From Akkermansia sp. (GTDB lineage Bacteria > Verrucomicrobiota > Verrucomicrobiia > Verrucomicrobiales > Akkermansiaceae), in contig JAZRHL010000020.1 in NCBI GenBank assembly GCA_045644745.1, positions 2,998-66,997 of the forward strand: a DNA stretch of 64,000 nucleotides, read 5' to 3'. Position 1 is the stretch's first letter, and each line of letters begins with the position of its first letter. The translations under genes and the position numbers were made by a program. Shown here one piece after another: positions 17,986 through 27,413 of the stretch. Below the pieces are notes generated by a model, which searched no databases, was not told the DNA's origin, and worked only from the letters and a program-made list of their open reading frames with translations.

Positions 17986-19518
17986 ATGGAGTCGTCTCAC
18001 TACTGGTTCAATTTTATTTGGCTTGTTGCTTATTTCCTTGTGCTTGTGGGCATGTCGGGCTATGGTTTTCACCGCCTGCTTATGGTGCTCCTGTACCTGA
18101 AGCACCGCAAGGATGTGCCTAAGCCTGCAGGGCAGTGGGAGGAATGGCCCATGGTGACGATTCAGTTGCCCATGTTCAACGAGAAGTTTGTGGTGGAAGG
18201 CCTGCTGAAGAAGGTAACGGCCATTGACTACCCCAAGGATAAACTCGAAATCCAGATTCTGGACGATTCCACTGATGATACCTACGACCTCTGCATGCAG
18301 CAGGTGGAACTTTACCGTGCGCAGGGCTTCGATATCGTGTGCCTGCATCGTACAGACCGCACGGGCTTCAAGGCCGGTGCACTGGAAGCAGCCGATGCTG
18401 TGGCCAAGGGTGAGTTCCTGCTGATCCTTGATGCCGACTTCCGCCCCGAACCGGATATCCTCAAAGTGTGTGTACCGTATTTCACCGACCCGAAGATTGG
18501 TGTGGTGCAGACCCGCTGGGCTCATATCAACCGCCGCTACAACCTGCTGACCCGTCTGCAGAGTATTTTCCTGGATGGCCACTTCGCGCTGGAGCAGACC
18601 TGCCGTAACCGTTCCGGCCGCTTCTTCACTTTCAATGGTACTGCCGGTATGTGGCGCAAGAGCACCATCGTGGATGCCGGTGGCTGGGAGCACGATACCA
18701 TCACCGAGGACATGGACCTTTCCTACCGCGCTCAGATGAAGGGCTGGCGCTTCGTGTACCTGAACGACTACGAGACGCCTGCAGAGCTTCCTGTGGATAT
18801 GGATGGTTTCAAGGCTCAGCAGCACCGCTGGACCAAGGGCTGCATCCAGGTGTGCCGCAAGATGCTTTTCGATATCTGGCGCTCCAATGCCCCCTTCAAG
18901 GCTAAGATGGAAGCCACGACTCATCTGACCTGCAACTACTCCTATCTGGCGCTCATCCTGCTCTGCTTCCTGGTGATGCCGGTATGCACGGGTATGGTGG
19001 CTCCTACGGGTGACTGGGCTTGGGACCAGTGGCAGATGATGCTGCTGACATTCACACTCTTCTTCTTTGCGACTATTTCGGTCTGCCTGTTCTACATTGC
19101 AGCTGAGATAATCGTGCGCCCCCGCCGCTGGTACATGGTGTTCCCGCTCATGATTCCGCTGCTGGCACTGGGTGTGGGTATGGCGGTGAACAACGCCAAG
19201 GCAGTGCTTGAGGCTATGGCCGGTCAGCAGAGTGAGTTCGTGCGCACCCCGAAGTTCGGTGAGTCGAACCAGGGTGCCCTCTCCATCGAGAAGCGAGCCA
19301 AGGGATACAAGGCTATCAAATCCATTCTGGTGCCTGTGCTGGAGCTTTGCTTTGCGCTGTTCTTCGGCTGGGTGGAATACGTGAACTTCTGCAATGGTGA
19401 TTACCTCACCTTTGTGCTTATGACCCCGTTCCTGGGTTTCTTCTATACCAGTTTTGCTTCCATTGCCCGACTGGTGGACGGAGCTGTGCAGAAGCGCCGC
19501 GCAGCCAGCAATGCCTGA
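17986..19518 (+). CDS. Family 2 glycosyltransferase, processive synthase type (CslA/BcsA-like membrane GT2)
   Basis: DDSTDDT, ILDADF (DxD), TEDMDLS and Q(Q)HRW (QxxRW) motifs, plus N- and C-terminal TM segments. Start set at ATG 17986 (MESSHYWFNFIW...). Confidence 0.85.
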   Translation: MESSHYWFNFIWLVAYFLVLVGMSGYGFHRLLMVLLYLKHRKDVPKPAGQWEEWPMVTIQLPMFNEKFVVEGLLKKVTAIDYPKDKLEIQILDDSTDDTYDLCMQQVELYRAQGFDIVCLHRTDRTGFKAGALEAADAVAKGEFLLILDADFRPEPDILKVCVPYFTDPKIGVVQTRWAHINRRYNLLTRLQSIFLDGHFALEQTCRNRSGRFFTFNGTAGMWRKSTIVDAGGWEHDTITEDMDLSYRAQMKGWRFVYLNDYETPAELPVDMDGFKAQQHRWTKGCIQVCRKMLFDIWRSNAPFKAKMEATTHLTCNYSYLALILLCFLVMPVCTGMVAPTGDWAWDQWQMMLLTFTLFFFATISVCLFYIAAEIIVRPRRWYMVFPLMIPLLALGVGMAVNNAKAVLEAMAGQQSEFVRTPKFGESNQGALSIEKRAKGYKAIKSILVPVLELCFALFFGWVEYVNFCNGDYLTFVLMTPFLGFFYTSFASIARLVDGAVQKRRAASNA

Positions 19519-19557
19519 TTGTTTTTCTGAATCTTTTCCAACTGTTTTTCTCTCTAC

Positions 19558-20379
19558 ATGATAAGTAAGAAACATTTTTCCGGGGTTTCCACCCTGCTGC
19601 TTGCCGGTGTGGCGATGCTGCTGAGCGCCTGCCATCATCACGGTGGCAAGAAGATGTATGCCGAGGATATACCGCCGAAAGCCGTCGTGCGCGATGGTGT
19701 GGCGGTGACGCTGTGTGACCAGAAACTTACTCTGTTCAAGGATGGACAGAAAGTGAAGGATTACAGCATCAGCTCCTCCAAGTTCGGTATCGGCAATGCC
19801 AATGGCAGCAATCGTACTCCGCTGGGTATTCACGCCGTGTCCCAGAAGAATGGCGATGGCCAGCCTGAGGGCATGGTGTTCAAGGGTTGCAAACCTACTG
19901 GTGAAGTAGTGGATGTGGATGCCGCTGGCCGAGATCCGGTGGTTACCCGGGTGATTCAGCTGGCCGGCCTGGAAAAGGACAACCGCTCCACTCACCGCCG
20001 CCGTATCTATATCCACGGCACCCCCGAGGAACGCTATATTGGACAGCCCGCATCTTACGGCTGCATCCGCATGAAGAGTAACGATATCGTGGATTTGTTC
20101 GGGCGCATTCATCGCGGTATGCCGGTAGCTATTGAGAGCTGCACCCAGGAAACCTATCTCAAGGCTGAGCAGGATAACCGTCTTGGTAGCATTCAGATTC
20201 CCAAGGAAATGGTAGCCAAGCTGCCTGTGGATGGCCTCCGCCCGACTCACCGTTACCGTGGTCGCAGCTCCCGCAGCTGGTCACGCCGCAGCATGGCTAA
20301 TACCCGTTTTAAGAAGCGCACGGTGAAAGGCAAGACGACGACCAGCCGCCGCCTGGCGCTCCGCAAGCGTTCCAGCTGA
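19558..20379 (+). CDS. L,D-transpeptidase (YkuD domain) with a highly basic C-terminal tail
   Basis: Lipoprotein-like N-terminus (LLSAC). YkuD motifs RTPLGIH...IYIHGT...SYGCIRM. The last ~50 aa are R/K/S-rich. Confidence 0.85.
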   Translation: MISKKHFSGVSTLLLAGVAMLLSACHHHGGKKMYAEDIPPKAVVRDGVAVTLCDQKLTLFKDGQKVKDYSISSSKFGIGNANGSNRTPLGIHAVSQKNGDGQPEGMVFKGCKPTGEVVDVDAAGRDPVVTRVIQLAGLEKDNRSTHRRRIYIHGTPEERYIGQPASYGCIRMKSNDIVDLFGRIHRGMPVAIESCTQETYLKAEQDNRLGSIQIPKEMVAKLPVDGLRPTHRYRGRSSRSWSRRSMANTRFKKRTVKGKTTTSRRLALRKRSS

Positions 20380-20404
20380 CAGTTGGAGACAGAATCATCC
20401 TGCA

Positions 20405-20443
20405 GGGCAGATGCACGGCGGTGCGTCTGTCCTGATTTGTTTT
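20405..20443 (+). terminator. Intrinsic terminator after the L,D-transpeptidase gene
   Basis: 12-bp stem GGGCAGATGCAC-ggcg-GTGCGTCTGTCC (two G.U pairs), followed by TGATTTGTTTT. Confidence 0.6.
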
Positions 20444-20466
20444 AGGACAGGGCTGAATTTTCGCCC

Positions 20467-20495
20467 TTGCTCCGCCCGGGCTTATGTGGTAGAAT
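20467..20495 (+). promoter_or_regulatory. Promoter TTGCTC-17-TAGAAT (TGn-extended), 9 nt before the purD ATG
   Basis: tgGTAGAAT read directly at 20487..20495. Confidence 0.55.
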
Positions 20496-20504
20496 GCTGC
20501 TAAC

Positions 20505-21749
20505 ATGAAAATAGCCGTCATAGGAAAAGGTGGGCGCGAGCAGGCTCTGGTAGAGACTCTGGCCGCAAGCCCGTGCAAACCCGAGCTCTTCACATTCCCC
20601 GGCAGCGATGCCATCTGCCGCACTGCCACCCGTATTGATGCGGATGGTTTCGATGCCCTTATCCAGTGGATGGTGGATAACAAGATTGACCTCTGCGTAG
20701 CCGGTGAGGAAAGTTACCTGGTGAAGGAGGATGGCCTCGCCAACCGCTGCGCTGCTGCCGGTATCCCCTGCTGGGGGCCGCAGAAGGAAAGTGCCCAGCT
20801 GGAGGCCTCCAAGGAGTTTGCTAAGAATTTCCTCCTGCGTCACAATATCCCCACCGGTATGGCCACGGCAGTGGAGAGCTATGATGAGGCGATTGCTGCC
20901 ATCAATGGCCAGTATCCCACTGTGCTTAAGTTCGATGGCCTGGCCGCCGGCAAGGGTGTGGCTGTGTGCCCCGATGCCGCCAGCGCTGAGGAGTTCCTTG
21001 ATGAGGTGTTTGTTCAGAAGCGTTTCGGTGCAGGCCGCCTGTTGGTGGAAGAGTTCCTGACCGGCCCTGAAATTTCCATCTTTGGTGCTATTTGTGACGA
21101 TAAGTACCTGATCCTTTGCCCTGCCCGTGACTATAAGCGCCTGGAAGTGGGCGATGCCGGTCCCAACACGGGTGGCATGGGTGCCGTGGCTTCCCGCCAG
21201 CTGGCTTCTCCTGAGCTTATCAAGACGATTGAGGAGACTATCGTTGCTCCCACCGTGCGTGGCCTTCAGAAAGACGGCCTGCCGTACCGTGGATTCCTGT
21301 ATTTCGGTCTCATGCTTACTCCGCAGGGGCCCAAGGTAATTGAATACAACTGCCGCTTCGGTGACCCTGAGTGCGAAGCTGTGATGCCCCTGCTGCAGGG
21401 CGACCTGGCCACGTTCTGCCTGAAGGGTGCCAAGGGCGAGTTTGCCCCCGAGCTGATTTCGTTTGATGAGGGTTGGAGCATCTGCTGCATTCTGGCCAGT
21501 GCCGGTTATCCCGCCAGTTCTCACAGCGGTGATCTTATCTCCGGTCTGGAGGATTGCGGTGCACGCGTGTTCCACTGCGGTACCAAGCTCACCCCCGAAG
21601 GATGGGTGACTGCCGGTGGACGAGTGCTTGCCATTGTGGCCCAGGGTGATACGCTGGATGAAGCCCGCACCCGCGCCCACGCTGAGGCAGCCAAGGTTGA
21701 CTTCGATGGTTCCCAGCGCCGCAGCGATATAGGCTACGCTAATATGTAA
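20505..21749 (+). CDS. purD: Phosphoribosylamine--glycine ligase
   Basis: MKIAVIGKGGREQAL..., ATP-grasp pattern, ...GGRVLAIVA... typical of the PurD C-terminus. Confidence 0.95.
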   Translation: MKIAVIGKGGREQALVETLAASPCKPELFTFPGSDAICRTATRIDADGFDALIQWMVDNKIDLCVAGEESYLVKEDGLANRCAAAGIPCWGPQKESAQLEASKEFAKNFLLRHNIPTGMATAVESYDEAIAAINGQYPTVLKFDGLAAGKGVAVCPDAASAEEFLDEVFVQKRFGAGRLLVEEFLTGPEISIFGAICDDKYLILCPARDYKRLEVGDAGPNTGGMGAVASRQLASPELIKTIEETIVAPTVRGLQKDGLPYRGFLYFGLMLTPQGPKVIEYNCRFGDPECEAVMPLLQGDLATFCLKGAKGEFAPELISFDEGWSICCILASAGYPASSHSGDLISGLEDCGARVFHCGTKLTPEGWVTAGGRVLAIVAQGDTLDEARTRAHAEAAKVDFDGSQRRSDIGYANM

Positions 21750-21826
21750 CGATTCCATACCAATCCGGTGCTTCTGGCACCGGATTGGTGTTTTGTGCCA
21801 AGACTGTTTTTTTGTTTGTGATTGCT

Positions 21827-22909
21827 ATGAATGAGAAATCTGCAGAGTTTCTGAGCGAATATCTGGAAACGCCGGCTCCGACAGGGCTGGAGATGGATGC
21901 CCAGCGTTTGTGGGCGGAATATATCAAGCCGTATACCGATGAAGTGCAGTGTGATGCCTATGGTTCTACCTGGGCTGTTCTTCGTGCGGCAGAGGCTAAT
22001 GCCCCGACGCTGATGCTCGATGCGCATGCTGATGAAATAGGCTTCTCCATCCGTTATATCGATGAAAGTGGTTTTGCACGTGTGGAGCGGGTGGGTGGCA
22101 GCGACGTGGCCATTGCCCGCGGTCGTCGTATCCGCTTTCTGGGTACGGATGGCGAGGTAATCGGCATTACGGGCAATACGGCCATTCATCTGCGCGGTGG
22201 TGCTGCAGATGAAAAAGCGCCGAAGCTGCACGAGCTCTATGTGGATTTCGGTTGCGATTCTCGCGAAGAAGTGGAAGCGCTCGGCCTGCGCGTGGGTTCG
22301 GTGGGGGTGTATTGTGATGGCCCGCTTATGCTGAATGACGGGCGACGCCTGGTGTGCCGCGCTCTGGATGACCGCCTGTGTGGCTTTATTCTGGCTGAGG
22401 TGGCCCGTACCCTTGCTGAAAAGGGGTGCAGGCCTGCCTGGAATGTTGTGTTTGCAAACTCTGTTCAGGAGGAAATCGGCTGCGTAGGTGCAGGCATGCT
22501 GGCCTTCCGTCTGCAGCCGGATGCCGCTATTTGTCTTGATGTGACGCATGCAACAGATTCTCCCGGGTTGGATAAGGGACGCTATGGTGATGTCCGGCTG
22601 GGGCAGGGTGGTTGCCTGAGTTATGGCCCGGTGTGTCACCCGAATATCAACGCCCGCCTGGAGTTGCTGGCTTTTGAACAGCAGCTTCCCTTGCAGCGCG
22701 AAACTACAGGCCGCTCCACCGGCACGAATACGGACCAGGTGTATCGTTCCCGAATGGGGGTGCCGGCCACCTGTTTCTCCCTGCCGCTCCGATACATGCA
22801 TAGCCCTGTGGAAACAGCAGATATGCGCGATGTTCAGAGCTGTGTGGACTTGCTGGTGGCATTTGTGGAAAGCCTGCGTGTGGAAGACGATTTCCGGCAC
22901 CGTCTGTAA
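21827..22909 (+). CDS. M42 family metallopeptidase (glutamyl aminopeptidase / FrvX-like), copy 1
   Basis: TPAPTGLE..., LMLDAHADEIGF..., RALDDRLCG, VQEEIGCVGA motifs. Confidence 0.85.
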   Translation: MNEKSAEFLSEYLETPAPTGLEMDAQRLWAEYIKPYTDEVQCDAYGSTWAVLRAAEANAPTLMLDAHADEIGFSIRYIDESGFARVERVGGSDVAIARGRRIRFLGTDGEVIGITGNTAIHLRGGAADEKAPKLHELYVDFGCDSREEVEALGLRVGSVGVYCDGPLMLNDGRRLVCRALDDRLCGFILAEVARTLAEKGCRPAWNVVFANSVQEEIGCVGAGMLAFRLQPDAAICLDVTHATDSPGLDKGRYGDVRLGQGGCLSYGPVCHPNINARLELLAFEQQLPLQRETTGRSTGTNTDQVYRSRMGVPATCFSLPLRYMHSPVETADMRDVQSCVDLLVAFVESLRVEDDFRHRL

Positions 22910-23022
22910 AAAGTGATTTTTTTCACAAGTATGTTCAATTTTTTGCTTGCTTCCTGCGCACGTCATGGTAGACTGGCAAGAGTAAGGCGTTTTACCTTTT
23001 ATCCAATTTACAACTCAAAAAT

Positions 23023-23607
23023 ATGAAAAAGATTTTCCTTTCTCTCCTGGCCCTCGTGGGCGTGGCTGGTGGTCTGTTGTGCACGTCCTGCAGCGGCGGT
23101 AATGGTAAGAATAAGGATGGTTATGCAAAGGCTATGACGGGTGTTACCATTGATTTCTGGCCTTCTGTGACTCCCTGCTTGACTATTCAGTTCGCTCAGC
23201 CGATTTCTGCTAATGTATGTTCGGCTACATATAGCGCTGGCAACAGCACTGACTATCCTGGCCAGTTCACCATCAACCACGTAGAGAAGCTTACCACCGG
23301 TGACCATGCGGGAACATGGATGGTCCGTAGTGATATCAATATTCAGGATTCCAGCATTACAGGTGATCCTGAGTTCGCGAGGGCTCTGAAGATTCCCGAT
23401 GCGACCGAAGTTCTCTTGCATGAGTTTACTATCGTTCTTTACTTTGAGGAGGGCGCTTATGCCGGTCAGGCTGAAGTGTGGGTAAAGGGCACGTATGGTG
23501 AAGAAGCAAAACCGATTGAAAATTTCTATCCCACCGGCGGTAAGTTTGATATCCTTGGTAAGGAGCCTGACTATACGCACTTTGCCCCTAAGAGTGAGAA
23601 AAAGTAA
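23023..23607 (+). CDS. Lipoprotein of unknown function (AT-richer gene)
   Basis: MKKIFLSLLALVGVAGGLLCTSCSG, a signal peptide with a lipobox Cys. No family recognised. Confidence 0.7.
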   Translation: MKKIFLSLLALVGVAGGLLCTSCSGGNGKNKDGYAKAMTGVTIDFWPSVTPCLTIQFAQPISANVCSATYSAGNSTDYPGQFTINHVEKLTTGDHAGTWMVRSDINIQDSSITGDPEFARALKIPDATEVLLHEFTIVLYFEEGAYAGQAEVWVKGTYGEEAKPIENFYPTGGKFDILGKEPDYTHFAPKSEKK

Positions 23608-23638
23608 TATTTGCTTGACTCTCGTAATGAAAACTTTG

Positions 23639-23670
23639 AGAGCGGCCGTGATTGCGGCCGCTCTTTTTTT
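23639..23670 (+). terminator. Intrinsic terminator
   Basis: AGAGCGGCCG-tgattg-CGGCCGCTCT 10-bp stem, followed by TTTTTTT. Confidence 0.85.
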
Positions 23671-23706
23671 GTTGTTCTGAGATGCCTTTTATTAGGGTGC
23701 GGGCAA

Positions 23707-23741
23707 ATAAAAAAACAGCAGCTGCCAGGGCGGCTGCTGTT
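23707..23741 (-). terminator. Intrinsic terminator for ychF
   Basis: AACAGCAGC...GCTGCTGTT stem, followed on the minus strand by TTTTTTTAT. Confidence 0.8.
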
Positions 23742-23760
23742 AAATGAACTTTGGGAAGGT

Positions 23761-24882
23761 TTACTTGGAGACGTTGAATCGGAACTCGATTACATCACCA
23801 TCCTGTACCACGTATTCCTTGCCTTCGATGCGGAGTTTGGCCTGCTCCTTGGCTTTGGCCATAGAACCACAGGCTACCAGGTCTTCGTATGCTACGACCT
23901 GGGCGGCAATGAAACCGCGTTCGAAGTCGGTGTGGATGACGCCGGCAGCGCGGGGGGCTTTGTCGCCTGCGTGGATGGTCCAGGCGCGGGTTTCCTTGAC
24001 GCCGGTGGTGATGTAGGTGCGCAAGCCAAGGAGGTGGTATACAGCGCGGATAAGGTCGCTCACGCCGGAATCCTCCACGCCGATGTCGTTGAGGTATTCA
24101 CGGGCTTCTTCGGGATCGAGTTCGGAAAGTTCTTCCTCGATGCGGGCAGAGATAACCACGGCTTCAGCGTTGTGATGCTCAGCCACATATTTGCGCACCG
24201 CGGAAACATAGGGGTGAGCATCCGGATTCTTGACTGCTTCTGCCAGTTCCTCTTCGCTCACGTTGCAGGCGAAGATACTCTTCTTATCAGAAAGCAGGAA
24301 GAAAGTGCGCAGGAGTTTGCGTTCATCTTCAGAGAGTTCCAGAGTGATAGCGGGGTTGCCGGCATCCAGATGGGGCAGAAGTTTTTCGATGAGTTCTACC
24401 TCGGCCTTGGCTTCCTTGTCGCCGCCACGGGCCTTCTTGATTCGGCTTTCCTTACGCTTTTCCATGGCGGCAAGATCGGCCAGGATGAGCTCAGCGTTGA
24501 TGATTTCAATATCACGCACAGGGTCAACGGAACCGAGCTCGTGGATAATGTCGTCGTTTTCAAAGCATCGGACAACCTGCACAATGGCGTCGGTTTCGCG
24601 GATGTTGGAAAGGAACTTGTTGCCGAGGCCTGCGCCTTCAGCTGCACCCTTGACCAGTCCTGCGATATCAACGAATTCAATCGCGGTGGGAACGATGCGC
24701 TCGCACTTGCTCATCTCGGCAAGTACGGCCAGGCGGGCATCCGGGACTTCAACCATGCCCACGTTGGGATCAATCGTGCAGAACGGGTAGTTGGCCGCTT
24801 CGGCCTTGCGGGAACGCGTGACGGCGTTAAACAGGGTGGATTTACCAACATTCGGGAGACCTACAATACCAGCTTGTAACAT
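23761..24882 (-). CDS. ychF: Redox-regulated ATPase YchF (Obg-like)
   Basis: MLQAGIVGLPNVGKSTLFNA P-loop. The TGS-like C-terminus ...VQDGDVIEFRFNV is the canonical YchF ending. Start set at ATG 24882. Confidence 0.95.
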   Translation of the reverse strand: MLQAGIVGLPNVGKSTLFNAVTRSRKAEAANYPFCTIDPNVGMVEVPDARLAVLAEMSKCERIVPTAIEFVDIAGLVKGAAEGAGLGNKFLSNIRETDAIVQVVRCFENDDIIHELGSVDPVRDIEIINAELILADLAAMEKRKESRIKKARGGDKEAKAEVELIEKLLPHLDAGNPAITLELSEDERKLLRTFFLLSDKKSIFACNVSEEELAEAVKNPDAHPYVSAVRKYVAEHHNAEAVVISARIEEELSELDPEEAREYLNDIGVEDSGVSDLIRAVYHLLGLRTYITTGVKETRAWTIHAGDKAPRAAGVIHTDFERGFIAAQVVAYEDLVACGSMAKAKEQAKLRIEGKEYVVQDGDVIEFRFNVSK

Positions 24883-24891
24883 AACGGGGAG

Positions 24892-24897
24892 ATTGTA
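24892..24897 (-). promoter_or_regulatory. -10 element TACAAT, 9 nt before the ychF ATG (weak -35)
   Basis: Reverse complement of ATTGTA at 24892..24897. Confidence 0.45.
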
Positions 24898-24922
24898 CAC
24901 GAATGAGGCCCTGCGGGAAAGC

Positions 24923-25852
24923 CTAATCTTCGCCATGAAGCAGAATCCGCCGCATTTCGTCTACTGAGATGCAGCGGCGAAGCTGGTATTCCTGCTCCGG
25001 GGAGAAGTCCGGGTAGCAGAAAGCCAGATATTTCTTCATGCGGTTGCAGTGGCCTTTTTCCGTTCGCTTGTGAAGAAAGACCTTGCCGGTTTCCTCGATG
25101 AGGATGCTGTAGTATTCCTTCATTTCCGCAGCAGTAGGGGGAAGCCCGCCTCTGAGCTGGCGGAACAGGTAGGGATTGCGCACGGCTCCCCGCCCCAGCA
25201 TGAGGCCGGCTGCGGAGGTTTCATGAAAACAGCTGGAGGCTTGTTCTGCAGAGTTGATATCGCCGTTTGCCAGAACCGGGCAGGGCAGGGTGGATACCGC
25301 TTGCTGAATGTAGCTGAAATCGGGAGTGCCACCATACAGTTGGCGGCGTGTGCGTGCGTGAATTCCGACTTCGTCGGGGGTTGCGGCAGCCAGCAATTCC
25401 AGTATCCGGGGGAATTCAGTAGCCGCGTCGTCCCAGCCGAGACGGCACTTAATGCTGAACTTACCGGCGGGGAGTCCGGCGCGGAGCTGTTGCAGAATAT
25501 CGTTGAAACGAGGGAGGTCTCGCAGCAGACCTGCGCCGGCTCCATGACGGTTCACCAGAGGCGAAGGACAGCCGGCATTCAGGTTGATGCCTGCGACGCC
25601 GGGACGTTCCATAAGCATGTGGGCATCGCGGAGCAGAGGCTCTGCCTCACTGCCTGCAAGCTGGGCCAGAATGGGGATGCCGGTCTCATTTTCGTCGATA
25701 CAGCGTAGGTTGGCCTCTGCCAGAGCACAGGTGGTACTGGTGCTGCGGAAATATGCTGTGATGAATGTATCCGGCAGGGAGCCAATGCGCTGAAGAGTGC
25801 GCATGAAGGCCAGGTCAGTCACATCCTGCATGGGGGCCAGCACCAGTTTCAT
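24923..25852 (-). CDS. tRNA-dihydrouridine synthase family protein
   Basis: MKLVLAPMQDVTDLAFR-type N-terminus, ...INLNAGCP..., and a TIM-barrel Dus pattern. Confidence 0.85.
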   Translation of the reverse strand: MKLVLAPMQDVTDLAFMRTLQRIGSLPDTFITAYFRSTSTTCALAEANLRCIDENETGIPILAQLAGSEAEPLLRDAHMLMERPGVAGINLNAGCPSPLVNRHGAGAGLLRDLPRFNDILQQLRAGLPAGKFSIKCRLGWDDAATEFPRILELLAAATPDEVGIHARTRRQLYGGTPDFSYIQQAVSTLPCPVLANGDINSAEQASSCFHETSAAGLMLGRGAVRNPYLFRQLRGGLPPTAAEMKEYYSILIEETGKVFLHKRTEKGHCNRMKKYLAFCYPDFSPEQEYQLRRCISVDEMRRILLHGED

Positions 25853-25858
25853 GCCTTC

Positions 25859-25887
25859 ATGCTAACATGATGAGCTGCTGCTGGCAA
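25859..25887 (-). promoter_or_regulatory. Promoter TTGCCA-17-TAGCAT, 6 nt before the dus ATG
   Basis: Reverse complement of 25882..25887 and 25859..25864. Confidence 0.55.
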
Positions 25888-26021
25888 GCTGTGCAGACAC
25901 GATTTGCTATGTAAATTAGATTGAGGGTGTGGGAATGAGCTTGACAAAATCGTTCTAAACGTGCATAAAAACTCAAGTCAATGATGCATGAGCATCTGTA
26001 GCCCTACCGATAAAACGAGAC

Positions 26022-26621
26022 ATGAAACGTACCGTCATCATACCGGCCGCGATATCTGCGCTTACTCTCAGCTCCTGTTTCAGTTCGCCGTATGACCTGG
26101 CACATGCTGCGAATGGCTATGCATTCGCTCGTCCGAGTATCAAGATGAATGTTACGGACTCGGTCAGCACGGGGCAGTGGGACGTGCCTGCCGGTCTGGA
26201 TGGTCCCCGCCGCATTGTGATTGATACGGAGCTGCAGCAGGCTCATTATTATATTGCCGGTCGCCGGGTAGGCTGGAGCACAATTTCATCCGGCAAGGCA
26301 GGTAAGGATACACCCAAGGGGGTGTTCCCGATTATCGCCAAGGATGAGGACCATGTTTCCTCCACATACGGCAGCATTGTTGATGCTGATGGCAATACGC
26401 TTATTGCCAATTATACCAAGGGTGAACCCATACCGCCCGGTGGTATTTACAAGGGCGCGCCCATGACAAATGGTATGCAGCTGACCTGGGGTGGCATCTG
26501 GATGCACGAAGGCCTGGTGACTTCTGCGCCGGAGAGTCACGGTTGCATCCGCCTGCCGAAGCGTATGGCCAAGATTTTCTTTGATAACACCCCCGTGGGT
26601 ACACCCGTAGAGATTAAGTGA
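26022..26621 (+). CDS. L,D-transpeptidase (YkuD) lipoprotein
   Basis: Lipobox LTLSSC. TPKGVFPI...SHGCIRLP...GTPVEI motifs. Confidence 0.85.
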   Translation: MKRTVIIPAAISALTLSSCFSSPYDLAHAANGYAFARPSIKMNVTDSVSTGQWDVPAGLDGPRRIVIDTELQQAHYYIAGRRVGWSTISSGKAGKDTPKGVFPIIAKDEDHVSSTYGSIVDADGNTLIANYTKGEPIPPGGIYKGAPMTNGMQLTWGGIWMHEGLVTSAPESHGCIRLPKRMAKIFFDNTPVGTPVEIK

Positions 26622-26622
26622 T

Positions 26623-27363
26623 ATGGTGCGATTGTTCAGACTTGTGGCCGGGGTTTCTTCCATAGGACTTCTGGGGTTTCTGGCGTCCTGTACGCAGACC
26701 CGCCCTGTGGCGGTGACAACTGAGGTGTCTGAGTTGACTCCCTATGAGCAGTTTGTTGCTCGTAGCAAGAATTACCCCACTGTCATGGAGGTATATCTGG
26801 ATGATGAGCTGCTGAAGGAGGCTTACGGCAAGGGGACAATCTATATATGCCTGGGGCAGCAGCGTGGCCGACTCTATGTGGATGGTAAGGTGGCGGCAGA
26901 CTGGCCTGTTTCTACCGGTGCTGATACGCACCCCACTCCTACCGGGCGTTACCGCGTGCGCCTGATGAAGAAGGAACATGCTTCCAACCGCTACGGTAAG
27001 TTTTTTGATGCCGAGGGCAAATGCGTGGATAATAATGCCGATGTATTTACCCAGACCGTGCCGGAGGGCGGACGTTTCGAAGGTTCTGCCATGCCGAACT
27101 GGATGCGCCTGACCTACGATGGCGTGGGTATGCACACGGGTAAGGTGAAGGCGGGCAAGCGCCTTTCTCATGGATGTATACGACTGCCTCACAAGGTGGC
27201 CTGCATGCTGTTTGATGAGGTGGTGAAGATTGGAACGCCCGTAATCATCATGGAGGATATTGAGCAGGGGTATCCCGTGGCCGAGATTATGGCTCGTCGT
27301 GAGATTGCTGCTGCGGAGGACTTGTATGAAGCCTCTGTGGCTGCGGCGGCGGATGCGGAGTAA
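26623..27363 (+). CDS. L,D-transpeptidase (YkuD) lipoprotein
   Basis: Lipobox FLASC. TPTGRYRV...SHGCIRLP...GTPVIIME motifs. Starts 1 nt after the previous stop. Confidence 0.85.
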   Translation: MVRLFRLVAGVSSIGLLGFLASCTQTRPVAVTTEVSELTPYEQFVARSKNYPTVMEVYLDDELLKEAYGKGTIYICLGQQRGRLYVDGKVAADWPVSTGADTHPTPTGRYRVRLMKKEHASNRYGKFFDAEGKCVDNNADVFTQTVPEGGRFEGSAMPNWMRLTYDGVGMHTGKVKAGKRLSHGCIRLPHKVACMLFDEVVKIGTPVIIMEDIEQGYPVAEIMARREIAAAEDLYEASVAAAADAE

Positions 27364-27378
27364 TGCCTGCTTCTATTC

Positions 27379-27407
27379 TTGACCCGGCAAGGCATTCGGT
27401 GTAGAGT
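27379..27407 (+). promoter_or_regulatory. Promoter TTGACC-17-TAGAGT, 6 nt before ATG 27414
   Basis: Read directly. Confidence 0.55.
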
Positions 27408-27413
27408 AGCCGT

